Of a stretch of 64,000 bases of DNA, positions 49,973 to 63,714 are shown in pieces. Under the pieces are notes generated by a model. That model was not told the DNA's origin and did not search any database. It saw only the letters and a program-made list of their open reading frames with translations. A program made the translations under genes and the position numbers. Origin of the DNA: Takakia lepidozioides. Lineage: Eukaryota > Plantae > Bryophyta. Each line of letters begins with the position of its first letter. Position 1 is the first letter of the stretch. The stretch covers positions 25,606,001 through 25,670,000 of the forward strand of contig CM060732.1 of assembly GCA_030704615.1 (NCBI GenBank), written 5' to 3'.

Positions 49973-52900
49973 TGCTGCAAATCTGCATACACTTATCCTT
50001 CTATTGACTGCAGAAAGAATCACTAGGAGCTTAAATTAGATCAGACCTTATGTGCGTAGATCGGATCTTATGTGCGGACTTATAGCTAATAGGCACGTGG
50101 CTGGCAGTAGTGACATCTTTTGAATTGGTTTCCTTCACGCCTGGGATATATGATCATCAGACTCTATCTGACTTTGGTATATTGTGTATGTGATAATAGA
50201 GTTACGACCTGATTGCATTCTACTTGTGTCAATGCATTCTATAACATAGATATTGTCATATTGTAGGATTCTTATACAATTCTCACAGGTTATGGTAAGT
50301 GGGGAGTATATGATATGAGCAGTGGACAGGTGATGCGGATTTGGGAGAAGAAGTCATTTGTTATGGGCCCATACACTCGCATGATGTTGCGAACTAGATC
50401 GAGTTAGTATTAAGTAGGAATCAACAATATCTTCTTTCTTGATTGTTTTGGGTCAGAATGAGTGGAACAAAAGCTAGAGAGTTGGCTAGCATAGAGAAAT
50501 TCAATGGCGATAACTTCTCATTGTGGAAGTTTCAGATGCAAATACTTCTCAGAGCCAAGATGTTATTGATCGTAGTGAACTGTACAAACACAAAAAAAGC
50601 TGCAATAGACAAGGACGATTGGGACGATTGGGACGATAGAGATAGCAGAGCTCAAGTATGTTCATCACGCAAGGGGTAGATAAAAAACACCTATTCCAGT
50701 TGGTGAATTGTGATAGCTCCGTCAAGATGTGGTCTAAGCTAATTGTTGTTCATGAACAAACTGCCAGTGAAAACATACAAGTGCTTCAAAGCAAGATGTA
50801 TAACCTTATAAAGATTGAAGAGAATGATAGCATAGCAAGCTATTTTGGTAAGGTAGAAGTTATGGCAAGGCAATTGCCAGATCTTGGTGAGGAAATGAGA
50901 CGTGATACAAACATCATGACCAAGATAATCTGCACCCTACCAACGAGTTACGAGAATGTCTTAGACGCATGGGACAATGTTCATTTGGTATAAAAGACCC
51001 TTAACAACCTGCATGCAAGGTTACTCAAGAATGAGGCCTTAAGAAAGGCAAGATGATTTGCAGATGAAGTCCTAGACAAAGCTTTCTTCATCAAACACAT
51101 GTCGGGAGGAAAGGATCCACAAGCAATCACAAGAGTAATTTTTCCAAAGAGTGGAGAAAAGAACAAGCAGAGCGGATTGCATGAGCTAAAGAATAAAACT
51201 CATTGCAATACATGTCATGAGTTTGGAAATTGGGAGAGAGAGTGTCCGTGTCTAAGTGAGAAGACTAGCAAGTCTAACAAAAAAAAATGTTATGACACAA
51301 AAGAGTCTAGTGTCAAGATCAAAAAGAGAGTGAGTACCGAAGATATGGTGAATGTCATCAAGATAGTGATGTTTACATGACTACCAGCACATCTGAAGGT
51401 GACGATGCTTGGTATTGTGATAGCGGAGCCTCCGAACACATGACATACAAGAAGCAATGGTTCAAAAATTTAAAGACCATAGAGCACAGGTTACAGGAGA
51501 GTACAAGTTGCAACAGATCTGACTGTCTCGGCTACTGGAATCGATGACATAGAGATTATATTGTTGGTGAATGATACTGACCTTCATGTCTTTGCTAGAA
51601 GAGCCTAAGCACTCTGAAAGAGCAATGATGTCACCAAATCAAAATGAGTGGCAAGTTGCTATGAATGACGAGTTTGAATCATTGCAGTAGAACTCAACCT
51701 AACAGCTTGTCGATTTTCCAAAGGACAAGAAAGCCATAAACATTTAAAATGTAAGTGGGTTTTCAAAATTAAGACCAAATCAGATGGGTCAGTGGATAGA
51801 TTCAAAATGAGACTCGTCGCTAAGGGATACTCACGTTCTCGAAGGAGGGAACAACGACGAAACATATGCCCTTGTAGTGGAATTTGACTCTATCAGATCT
51901 GTCCTTTCTGTTGTGGCTGCAAGCAACTTAGATGACATGGTTCAGTTTGATATCAAGACGACCTTCTTGCATAGTGATCTCGCAAAGAAATTTACATGGA
52001 TCAACCTAAGGGGTTTGTACAAAAGGGGCAGGAGACATGATTATGCAGATTACTTAAAAGTATCTATGGACTCAAGCAGGCCTCAAGAGCCTGGAATACA
52101 AAGTTCAACACATGCTTGACAAAATACGATTTGCACCCGAGCTTGGCAGATCCTTGCATTTACTTCAACAACAAGTCACCACGACTTATCACTACCATTT
52201 TTGTGGACGATGGGCTTGCTTGCTCTGAAAGTAAACCCAACCTTGATGAGATGGTTGAGCACCTAAACAAGGTTTTTGAATTAATAGTGGGAGATACAGA
52301 TTGCTTTGTAGACCTCCACATTTGCAGGAATCAAGAACTGAGAGTTATGTATCTTGATCAAACCCAATACATCCTAAAAATCCTTGCACCGTATGGTTTC
52401 GAAGGATCAAATTCAGTGTCTACACCAGCAGATTCAAATGTGCAACTTTACTTAATGACCAGAGACGATGATACAGAGGAGCGGGAGGACGGTTTCCCCT
52501 ATCAAGCTGCTGTTGGGAGTCTTACGTTTGTCATGTTGGGGACACGACCAGACATCACTTATGCTATAAACACAGTACTCAAAATTCTTCCATAACCCAA
52601 AACGAATTCACTGTTCAGCCGTGAAACGAATTTTTAAGTGCCTCCGAGGTACTACAGATTACGCTTTGAGCTATTCCAGGGGGCCACAATCCTGTGTTCT
52701 CACAACCTACGCAGATGAAAACTACGCATGAGACCTTGACGATAGGAAATCTCGTAGTGGATGTGTACTCATCATTCTAAACAAAGGACTTGTCTCGTGG
52801 ATCAGTAAGAAGCAGCTTTGCACTATTGGGTCCACCACCGAAAGCGGATATTTTGCTGCATGTCTGATAGGAAAAGAGACTGTCTGGCTTCGGAGATTTC

Positions 52901-53522
52901 TTGCAGATATTGGATTGCCACAGTCTATGCCTATTGTAATAAGGTTGGTACAGAATCCTAAATTTTATCGCCGCACTAAACATATCGATGTACAATATCA
53001 CATGCTCGGGATTTTCAGAGTCGTCAAGTAATCAAAATGACATACATCGGTACTTATCAACAGATTTCCGATATCCTGACGAAACCATTTACCGCTGACA
53101 AGTTTCACCGCTTTCGCACTATGCTCAACAGTTTGCACCAGAACACTCACTGAGTGAGAGATAGAGTAAGAGATTTAGTACAATGATTATTCTTGGTTAT
53201 ACAATGATTAGTGAGTGGGAGTGTTGCAAATCTGCATACACTTACCATTCAATTAACTGCAGAATGAGTCACTAGGAGCTCAGATTAGATCAGATATTAT
53301 GTGAGGACTTATAACTAGGAGCCACGTGGCTGGCGGTAGTGACATCTTTTGAATTGGTTTCCTTTTCGCCTGGGATATATGCTCATCTCACACATCAGAC
53401 TCTGTCTGTTGGTATGGTGTGTGTGTGATAACAGAATTACGACCTGATTGCATTCTTCTTGTGTCAATGCTTTCTATAACATAGATGTTGTCATGTAGGA
53501 TTAATGTTATACAATTCTCACA
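49973..53522 (+). mobile_element. Ty1/Copia LTR retrotransposon, defective (integrase deleted)
   Basis: LTRs at 49973-50287 and 53222-53522 (TG..CA), target duplication CTTAT/CTTGT, polypurine tract GAGTGGGAG. Gag KFNGDNFSLWKFQM, protease WYCDSGASEHMT, RT QFDIKT..YGLKQA..FVDDGL, and RNase H. Confidence 0.95.
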
Positions 53523-54755
53523 CTTGTAACCACATCACTCATCAAAGTATCCTCTAAAAGGGCAAAATCTAGTAGAAGGACATATATTATTTTTTTCAGA
53601 TTGTGTGAGTTGCAGTTTTCTTAGTTTGCCATGATTGATTCATACAGATGCGAAAATTCAATGGGGGGCCTTTGCCAATATATAGCAAGAAGATTTGCCA
53701 ACGCATCACATTTAAGGTTTTCCATGCCCTCAAAATGGAGTGTTGCTTTCAATTTCATTCTTCGCTTGCAAAAATAATGACAATGATGTACCTTCCATAA
53801 TTACATGTCGATTGACACTTCTGCTACTGTGCTCTACCTTGCACAGCTGCAACACGTGGTTCTGTGTAGGGGAAGGGACTAAGTGGAGGGCCTTCATAGA
53901 TTTAAGGGCTTTGCAAAGCCAGAGGCGAGGGCCCGAAATCTAGGAAGGCCCGACACGAGGGGCCTTCCCCAACGTGAAAACCAGGTTCCAGTAATTAAAA
54001 TAAAAATTACAAGCATCCACTTCAAGCATGCAAAACTTTCAAGATTGCAACACAGGCACAGAAATTGCTATTGGTCTTGGAATATTAAAGTTGGATTACA
54101 TTGCAACATACCCCTACCCCTCCCATCTCCAACTGCTCGCCCCTCAGTATTGGTCTCAATCGCAACATCACCAGCAGCCATACTGCGATTGGTATGGTTT
54201 GCAGGTCCTAAACTCTAAGTTCTACATACAACAGGGTATTTGCTCAATGACATCCCCCACTGATTGGTCCTTTGATACCTATACTCAGACCCGAGCACAT
54301 ATCCAGGTCATTTGACACATACCAGTACAACACTGGAAGGTACCTCCAAAGACAAAGGAAAAATTAGGTCAGATTGTTACGACTATGCCAAGGAACATCA
54401 CAGTACAGCGGAACGTCACGGTTGCCATCCGCAGCTGCGCCTGTCCTTCCATCTTGACTGCTTATGCTTGAAAAACCCACCACCTGACGAATTTCGTGGA
54501 AGAATCGTACCTAAGAAAAACTAATCTGCTGGGAGAGAAAAGGTAAAAAAAAAGACGAGAAGATCTAGCCGACACTGTAGCAACAAGAGGTCACATGCAG
54601 ACAAATCAGGAAGCTGAAACTCGTGAGCATGCAACACTACTCTTCTCCACTCCTAAGCCCAAGAGAGTGTGTGTCTGGTCCTTCTTCTTAAGGTTCTTCT
54701 TCACGGGCTGCCGTGTGTCCCATACGGTCACCAGCTTCCTGAGTCTCAAGGGATA

Positions 54756-55188
54756 GGGCGATACCACACTAGCGGCAAAAGGGGCAGCATCACTTAATTT
54801 CGGACCCTCCTATTGGTTTAAGGGAGGGCAATGTGCCGCTCTGCCTACCACACTAGCGGCTGCTGCTGGCGAGAGGCGTTGACATGGCTCCGACCTGACG
54901 CCTACATGTCACATTACCGTGAAATACGGATTTCCAGGCAGTGTCCCCTGAAATCCACAATTTTAGGAAGACATTTTGTCGTGAGGTGATTCTTCTCCCG
55001 CCATCGTGAAGCGACGCGATGTCAAAGGTTCTTATTTTTAGAATGAAAAGATAAGGTAATTGCGATTTTTTTTTCCGTTGGGTTTCTGCTAGCCTATTCA
55101 TTGCCGCTTGGTGACATGGACCTATATAATCCCTAGCCTGCAACGTCTACGTCAGTGCCGTTGGTGTGCCGCTAGTGTGGTAGGGGCC
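54756..55188. mobile_element. MITE upstream of CAD
   Basis: Imperfect TIR of about 22 bp, GG..TACCACACTAGCGGCA, flanked by TA. An extra internal copy lies near 54846. Confidence 0.6.
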
Positions 55189-55988
55189 TAAGATGGCCAT
55201 TCTTGTCATTCCGGCTCATCAAATGTCGTGTCAGTTTATGCAGTGTTTTTGTTTTTTCTTTTCCAAAATCACCACAAAGGCCACATGTAAATTCTACACG
55301 GCGAGAATAACGAGGTAGGTGGCAGGGTTAGGAAGGTGTCTATATAACAGGTTTCACATTTTAACAGGTCCACGTAGGAAAAATCTGGCTCCTGATATTT
55401 GATCACTTTTTGATTTTCTTTTTCTTTTTAAGGGAAGCAAGCAGTGAAAATGCTCCCACATAAGCAGCAAAAGCGAAGTAAGAAGGTCCATTGGTAGTGC
55501 AGCAGGTACTCGGTTCCTTTTAGTTGGAAAGTGGTGCAGAAGCTTCGCTCAGGACATTTACACTTCGTAAAAGCAAGTGCCAACCCCCAGCGCACGTAGA
55601 TTCCAACAGCTCCGGAGTAGGAAAATCGTGCTCAGATTTATCTGTTTTGATCTCGTTGTGGGTCTCCTCTCCTCGATCAGCTGCAGGGGCGCCGAAGGAC
55701 GGATTTGAGGGGACGACAAGGCATCCACCTGGGTACGTATGAATTGCCAGCTATGGAAGCTAACACTCCGTTTGAACTGTTCTGTGATAGCTGACAAGGT
55801 GGTTCATTTCGTAAGTGGCAGGCTCCCAGTTTGCCACATTCACGCTGTGCAACTTCATACCGTGTATATGTGATATAAACTGCACGGCCAGTAGATGCTG
55901 GAGGGTAGTTTACATTGACGCTCACTGCACATACCTTGGGCTCCGCAATTCTGCAACTAACTTCTGGGCTTGCAATTTCAGGTAGGAA

Positions 55989-58900
55989 ATGGAAAAAACT
56001 CAGGGGGGTCAGCTAGACTGCATTGGTTACGCAGCCCGGGATGAGTCAGGAGTTCTTTCTCCTTTCAAGTTTTCGCGCAGGTAACCTTACCATTCGCAGC
56101 GGAATTCCTAGTGATATTTGAAATTTGCATCACCTTTCAGCTGTGGGTTCCTGTATTAGCCGAAGTAGGTGGCAAAAATAGTCCGTTAGGTACCAGTGAA
56201 GAAGAGCAGATTAAGTCACCTGTAGTCTTGATTGTGTGGTCTTATTAGATTTCGTAGAGTTGTCCATTGTCCATTAGAGTCGTTGCTCAAACAGATATGC
56301 AATAGATGATTGCAAACAGTCCACACCTGCTGGCCAGCACGTTGCACATGCTCAGTCTTAAAATCAAGCACAGCATTATCTTTATGGTCAGTGGATTTGG
56401 AAAATGGTTTCACTGTGCAGGGCTCCGGGGCCAGATGACGTGGCTCTTCGGGTCACTCATTGTGGCATCTGCCACGCCGAGTTGCTCTGGGTCTTTAACG
56501 TAGTAGGCGATGTCAGATATCCTATCGTTCCCGGGTAGATCTCTACCACTTCTGTTTTTTGACAGTTTCATTTATTGGTACTGCATCTTCTATCTGAGTA
56601 ATATCCATTCTTTCTTCTATGAGCTTTCCGCGGACGTTATAAAGTACCATTTCATTTCATTTCATTTCTTTCTTACCGTCTTTCTGTGTATGTCAGAAAG
56701 ATATTAGAGAAGAGCAAGTAGAGACAAGGATGTTTTCATCAATCTACTATTAACGGCCGGCAGAGAAGATAGATTGTGCTTCTGTGTCCATGCACCTCAT
56801 ATCTTGACATACCAAGTCAAATTTCTCGTCGACCAAGCTCTTGACGTAACATGAACCTGTGATGATCCTGTGCCAAATGCAGACCAAATTAGGGAAGATT
56901 ATCCGTAGGCAGATCATCTTGAGAATGCCAAACTGAGTGGAATGAATTAGAGTAGATCGGTTAACTAGTTCTAGAGCTCGCTCTGAGAAAGACGCATCCG
57001 TATATCACAACAGTGAAGGCTGTTATCAACATCACACCCACCGACTGAGCAGATTTTTCAATCCAGATGTCTTCCGACAAACTGGGTGATTTGCTCAGAG
57101 GTAAGATCCAAGCTCAGTAATGTTTTTAGTCCATTCATAGAATGCTATCCTCTTTGTCCAGAGAATGAAGATGAAGCTCCTGAAAGCTATTAGGAGAGGG
57201 CCAGGGTTGGAAATTGCAACAAATTGTGTTTGAGGACTCATGCATGCAATCTGGAAAGGTAGGTACCTGCTGGTCACTTCCAAAGATAAGTGCCTTGCAC
57301 ATGCCCGTTTCTGTTGAGATAGTTGCCACATAAGCAATCACACAGTTTTTTGATGGCCCTTGCAGAGTGTTGTGGATGTCCAGCTAACAATGACATTATC
57401 TCTGTAGCCATGAAATTGTGGGAATAGTGACCAAGGTGGGTGATCATGTGGCCCGCTTCAAAGTGGGTGACCGAGTGGGAGTTGGAACCTACGTAGGCTC
57501 ATGCCGGAAGTGCGAATACTGCAATGATAATATGGAAAACTACTGTGATGAAATGCCGATCACCACTTACAATGGCATTGACGAAGATGGTTCAATCACC
57601 AGAGGAGGATTCTCCAGCCTCATGGTTGTGCATCAAAGGTGCTGCATTTCCAGTCATAATTGATGTCGGATAAATTGGCCATGTGGGTGATTGCAATTTG
57701 CATGCCATGGTTGGTTTGTGTTTCCGCAATCGAAACTCCGACAGGGAGACAGAGAAGTGAGAGGGAGAGAGGGAGAGATGAACTCATAGCCTGTGCTTGT
57801 GCTAGCCTTGTCTGGACAGTCTGCTAGGACAAAGCGGCAACAGGAGTAATAGGAGAGGTGAGCAGAAGCGGTTATGGCTGAAGGAAAGATATCTCGCTTG
57901 AGTTACTGGAAAACGTTGCCTGGTTGTTTAGGTACGTGGTGGGAATTCCCAAGGCACTTGCATCGGACGTTGCTGCACCACTCCTGTGTGCGGGCATCAC
58001 TGTCTACAGCCCAATGATTCGGCATGGTATGAACAAGGCTGGGAAGCATCTTGGAGTGATTGGACTCGGAGGCCTGGGGCATATGGCTGTCAAATTTGGC
58101 AAGGCTTTTGGCCTGTGTGTCACGGTTCTGAGCACATCGTCCTCCAAGAAGGAAGAAGCACTCGGTGTTATTGGAGCAGACAGCTTTCTACTCACTACTG
58201 ATGGATCTGCAGTCCAGGTTTCTGTCTGAATTCCTGGATGGACTAGTACTGTGGGTGGGAAATTGTCCTGAATTATCTTCTGACGTCTATGTAAGGCTAA
58301 TGGCGAATTGTGTGTGATTCCTGTGTAACAGAATCTAAGTTAGTTGTATCTATAAGTTGCTACGAGGAAGTTGAATAAGCAACCTTTTAGCAGTGCTGAC
58401 ATTAGTAATCTGAGCTGTGCTAGAAGGGCTTGCAAAGCTCTAACTTCAATGCGCGTACTACTACGTTTTAGCCTGACCTGAGGTTGCTGTTATGTCTAGG
58501 CTGCAGCCAACAGTTTGGATTTCATTCTGGATACAGCATCAGCAAAGCATCCACTGGATTTATATCTCCCTCTTTTGAAGAAGAAAGGGGTGCTTGTGTT
58601 AGTAGGGGCCCCAGCAGAGCTCTCATTCAGCCCCCCCAATTTGTTCATGGGTAAGTCGACATGCTTACTACTGGTAGGTCGTTATGTGATTATGTGCCAA
58701 GAAAATTCATTCTATCCTTGCAAGGACAACTAGACTGTTTTGTTCATCATGTTGTCTTATAGCTTAGGAGGTGTATGCTGCATTTGTCCGAAGAATGTAA
58801 TGTGTAGGCGGTCATTGTGGTAGCCCTAAGAGACCATAGACCCATAGCCTGTTTGAGAGGAATCAGAATGAAGCTGCATCAAGGGGTGGGTGCAGATAAT

Positions 58901-59432
58901 AGCAGAGCACAATGTGCGGCCATGATTGAGGGCTTGCTTGCCCCAGCAGTGGAAGTTTGTAATTCCAGTTGTTGGTGCCTTTGATTTTGCGTCCTTTAAA
59001 TCGATGTACCAGAGGATGGATTGCACACGAGGAAAATCATAGGATCTAGTCCTGACAGAGTCTCATGAATAGCCTTGGAGAAGAGTGCAGGGAAAAGTCT
59101 AGTTGAGATGGCTGAAAGCACAAATATCATATTACGGTATAGGGTCTAGACCATCTATTTCATAATATGGAGGTGACAATCACAGATGTCAGTAACCTCT
59201 GAAGTTTTTTAAGAATGCCATAATTGTATGTGCAGGGATGAAGATGATCACCGGAAGTGGGGTAGGTGGAATGAAGGAGACACAAGAGATGTTAGACTTT
59301 TGTGGGGAGCATGGTGTAACACCCATCATTGAGACTGTCCCAATAGAGTATGTAAACACTGCCCTCCAGCGCCTGCACAACAATGATGTGCGGTATCGCT
59401 TTGTTATTGACATCGAGAACTCTCTCAAATAG
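55989..59432 (+). CDS. CAD: Cinnamyl alcohol dehydrogenase (AtCAD1-like clade), 356 aa. Exons 55989-56080, 56421-56534, 57408-57638, 57932-58217, 58500-58650, 59236-59432
   Basis: All introns are GT-AG with compatible phases (1071 nt total). Motifs [49 protein letters not shown] and DVRYRFVID. Confidence 0.93.
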
Positions 59433-60728
59433 AGTAAAGCTCATTTGATCCCAAGAAATGTGTGAAGGAATGCAACAAGCACCTGGCAGAAGAATGAACC
59501 AAAACGTCAAGTACCAAAACGAGGAGTTCATGTGCCACATAAATGAGTAAATTCTCCATTTTGGGAATCTATGAGATCGACGATTGGGAATGTGTTTTTG
59601 ACGATTATTGTGGACCTTCTCTCCCCCTGCAGCTTTTCCTCCTTTGGCTTGTGTTTGCCTGGCTTGGTGTGTGCTTTAAGTTGGGGTTTTGTTTTTCCCT
59701 TTTCATATCACTGATGAAACCCTCAAAGGGTTTCTTTTGGAAAGAATAATTAGTGTGACCATTTCAATTGACTGGATAAGCTCTACTGCCTTCTCCTGTT
59801 CTCCTATACGGTTAAGGTCGCACCCATTCTTTAGAGCAGCCATGTCTGACGAGCCACCAACAAGAAGATTGTAGCGAGCTGAGCTCCAAGGCCTTCCGCC
59901 CAAGCTTCATTGGCCAATAGGGGAGGAAAGGGCTGCTCGGCTGCTCACCGCCCACAATCCATGAAACAGCGTCATATAGTGGAGAGATTTTGTGCCTACG
60001 AAATGTTGAGCACTTGCCTTTGCTAGCAGGTACCCCTGGGTGTTCGGTGGCCAGGCGGTGGGATGACCCGCCCCGCAATTCCTTCAGTTTGGTGGACAAA
60101 CTCCACGAACAGACGAAATCAGAGGTTGAGAAGCGGAAGTCCCAATTTTCATGGGTTTGCTTGAAATGCAAATTGTAGTCCTCAGTTTCCAACTGTACAG
60201 GCAATATTTTCACCGCTCGATTTTGAGGAAAACAATGTGAAACTAGTGACTATTGATCTGTCCAAAAGTAGGCTCCTACAACCACCCCCTTGTGTATTAC
60301 TATAAAGAAGACACCCCAAAACATTGCCCAAAATCTCTGAAATTGAAGGGGTAATCAACCTGGTGACATAACTCTCTGTGTGAATCTCATGTGATTTGGA
60401 TTTTATCTTTTATCTTTCGAGCCTGCTATGTGTAAGAGAGGTAGCTGTTACTTGTTCTCTTTCGGCGCTCTTCTATAGGGCAGATTATGCCCACGCAAAA
60501 TCAGACGGGGTGCTCTTAACGATCATGTAGAGAGAGGCTAAAGAGAATAAGATAATCAGCCCCCTGTTTGTTAACCCAGTACTCACCGAAAAAACTGTCC
60601 AGGCATAGAGCAACAAGACATTTTTGCACTTGTTTTCAGGAGTGTTTCTTAATTTTTCCTCCTTGCGTCGAGCACTGCTACTGGAAGTCCTCAAATTCCA
60701 TATCGTTGTCAGGTAGTGTGCGTTGCCA

Positions 60729-61210
60729 TCAATCATCATTCACCAAATACACTTTTCCTCCCCGCCCCACCTCCTGCAATTGCATGACAATATAAACCGC
60801 ATCAACAAACACTACGGTTCACCCCTGCATTTCACCCACTCAAACTAGACAACCACATGTGAATGGGACTAACTTTACAGTCCTCAAGTGCAATGCATAC
60901 CAGGCTTTTCTGAATGGCCTCGCCGTAACGTCGCAAGGGAAACTTCTCGCCTATGAGAGGCTTCATGACCTTGGATGCCAGCAGCGGCATGATAGTAGCA
61001 CCAACCTCGGCCATCCTACCTGGTGGCAACTTTGACGCCCAAAGAGCCAACAAGAATCCTCGAAGTGTTATGTCACGGAACAGAAAATCTGCAAGGGAAA
61101 TACGTCCAAGCATCTGTCAAGTACCCAGACACCAAAACTTCTCCACCCTGCCTAGTTGAAGCGACCACTGTCTGCAATGCCAAGCCACCCACCATCCCAA
61201 CCACTCCCAA
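60729..61210 (-). pseudogene. 3' part of a zinc-independent MDR oxidoreductase (enoyl reductase/quinone reductase-like)
   Basis: VGG..GGEVLVSG, a frameshift, then DFLFRDITLRGF...EKFPL..EAIQKSL, an intron at 60774-60900, and a last exon EVGRGGKVYLVNDD*. Confidence 0.7.
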
Positions 61211-61215
61211 GTTAA

Positions 61216-61746
61216 CCCCTAAACGCCCGCCCACCCAAAATTGGTCGTTTTTTTTACACAAATAGTTCTGCCAGGAGCAGATTTTGGCCTTTTCTTGTTT
61301 TTTTTGGTGGGTGCACTACGCGCATCAGGATGGTCCATGCAAGATCGATTGCCTAAATCGTGCTGGACGGCCACCACGTTTTCAGGTACAGCAGGCCGAT
61401 TTTTTTCCATCCCAACCACAAATCTCCATTTTGGTTTTTTTTGGCTGCACAAATTTCCAAAACTGGACCCACTCACAACGGTGGGGTTTTCGCACTAGTT
61501 GTCTGATTGGCTCCAAAATTGGGCAGGACCTACCTGGGGTCCTGGCCAGCACAATAAAACTGTCGCTATATCGAAAGCAGAGAGACGAGCTCATTGCGGA
61601 AACACCACGATGCTGGTGAGACTAGGAGGCTTCATATTGTCAGGTCACTTTTTCAAGATTCATTTTTTTTCAAAAATTACGCTAGTTTTTCTGGCCCGGC
61701 CCGCTTTTTGGTAAAAAGTCAACGGAGGCCTGCCTGCGTTTAGGGG
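61216..61746. mobile_element. piggyBac-like non-autonomous element
   Basis: TTAA|CCCCTAAACGC ... GCGTTTAGGGG|TTAA: a perfect 11 bp TIR with CCC/GGG ends and a TTAA duplication. Confidence 0.75.
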
Positions 61747-63559
61747 TTAAGTCATATTCCATGTTCACCAACACAACATGTATGACTCAGCCCAAACTCT
61801 GGGTGATTGCCTCTCTCCCTCTTGCTCCCAATACTCACAATTCACAGATGGTTCTGAACAGATGTCACTGCACACTGACCCTAATGTTTGCTGCTAAATT
61901 TGGTTGCTAAGGATCTTTTGCTCTTAAAGTGAACTTGCTAGCTACCACCATCAATCAAAAACAGAGGATCTAGACCCAGCAAGGAAGAACCTGTCTCAGT
62001 TTCTCCAAAAGGAAATAAATAATGTCCACCGGATGTGTCCAAGCAACACTTCAACTGTCCGGGTGGCTTGATTCCTGATTGCCTGCACTGACCATTCAGA
62101 GTGCGCCTATCTCCATAAACAGAATAGACAATAGTAAGAATACGCACAATGTCTTCTACAATCATGTCGTTCGACTTACATGTTGACCTTACATGAATTG
62201 AGCTCTGCAACTTCACAAGTTAAATGATTCATTACTCCATGATATTATTATTGTTAATATTTGAATTAATCTTAATTATGTAATATATTAAGTTTGGAAA
62301 AACAAAGAGGTGAGGGCGCAATGGCGGAGCTACGAGACAACCTCCAATGGTCATCTGAAAACTTCTTCCATCTCTATCAGATCCTATCGACTTCCTGCTT
62401 ACTTTACTCACATCAAATAGCAAATACTCCCAGGCTTAGCTTTCAAATGATATGCACATTAGAAGTTTTTGTTTGGTTCTCTTTCAGTACTTTCTTCTAC
62501 AGTGTTCATCCTAACACCTTGCTTCTTTTCATCTCCATCTCGGTTACCTGCATCATCCCTAATCCTCCCACCACAGCTGTCTTTAGCTTTTAAGCCGTTC
62601 GCTTTCTACAGTGACATTTCCCGCCTATACCCCCCTCCTCTACTTTTTCCGCCAACTCCTCTCTCAAGCTCCATGTCCCTCACACCCAGCGGAGTCCTTA
62701 TAACACCTTCTGTTTTTTCCGCATCTGTTACCTATAGCTCCCGGAAGCAACCAGCTGCGTAACAACGAGAAGATGGCGACTCGTGGGAACATCAGAGGGC
62801 AACAGAGTTGCACATAAGACCCACCCCGTTGTCTGGTACGGGCTTTTTTATGGCACACCAAGCTCGATCCAGGATAGCTTCTGCCAGTGGTTCAGTAAGA
62901 CATCCCTCCCCTCCCATTCCCATCAACCCTCTCTCTCCTCCCCAACCACTTCTCAAAATGCCTAGGCTAAACTCCTTCATTCCGAACTTTCCGAACCCTC
63001 CAATTTTGGAGGAACCACCAGCAGACTGGGAGGAAGAGAGCACTCTTAATCAAGATGATCTGGACAAGGACTACCCCATGATCAATATGAACATCTCGGA
63101 ACTGTAAAGGAGAGTCACAACAATGGAAGAGACAGGTATCCTCATTCACTTTCCGGAGAAAAAAGTGGATAGGACAACAGTCAGAGATTGGGCCATCACT
63201 TTCCTCCAATCGGAGGTGTTTGGCTCCTGGATCACGGATCTCTGTGTAAGTGTCCATCAGTAGAGGCACGATATTTTGTTCTACAGACTTAATCTCCATC
63301 AGGAGATGATTGGCTCATAATACACTGAATACGGTGTGTGTGCCTTATGGCGACAATGGGGTTTTAATTTTTTTCCCCTCAATAATTATCAATAAAATAA
63401 CCAGGGATTCAATTTTTTTAAATAATAATAATAAATCAATCAATCAATATCTCTATCTTTTAAACATATACATAAAATTATTCAAAAAGAAAAGAAATAA
63501 TAAAGTTGATTAATTGAATTTTAAAAAAAGAAGTTTGGAACTGCTTTAAGCCAAAGGTT

Positions 63560-63714
63560 TGGAAATAGTCAAAATTGATTGTTTGTAGCCTCCACATTGC
63601 AAAGAGACATGTCATTGTAGGCACAATAGCTTTATCAACAAGGATAGAATAATATCCATTTGGACAATCCTTTGCTTTGCCATAAACTTCTACAACCTTG
63701 CCATAAACAATCAC
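63560..63714 (-). pseudogene. Possible CACTA Tnp1-like fragment
   Basis: IVYGKV..VYG..CPNGYYSILVDKAIVP weakly resembles the Tnp1/En-Spm beta-barrel domain. Confidence 0.3.

Larger units (their letters stand above)
48505..53730 (-). mobile_element. LINE (non-LTR retrotransposon) 3' remnant with RNase H and a C-terminal zinc finger, interrupted by Copia at 49973-53522
   Basis: RNase H motifs IYTDGSL, KLMAIHDAI and YLFTDSLVSLYL, plus CTLCH...DTWPHLLLHC. Many stops. Confidence 0.75.

Noticed and set aside
59869-60500. Possible solo LTR downstream of CAD
   Set aside because: A TG start and a TATA-like motif are present, but no convincing CA end or target duplication.
62774-63310. Possible LINE ORF1 remnant
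   Set aside because: Protein-like with stops, but no diagnostic motif.
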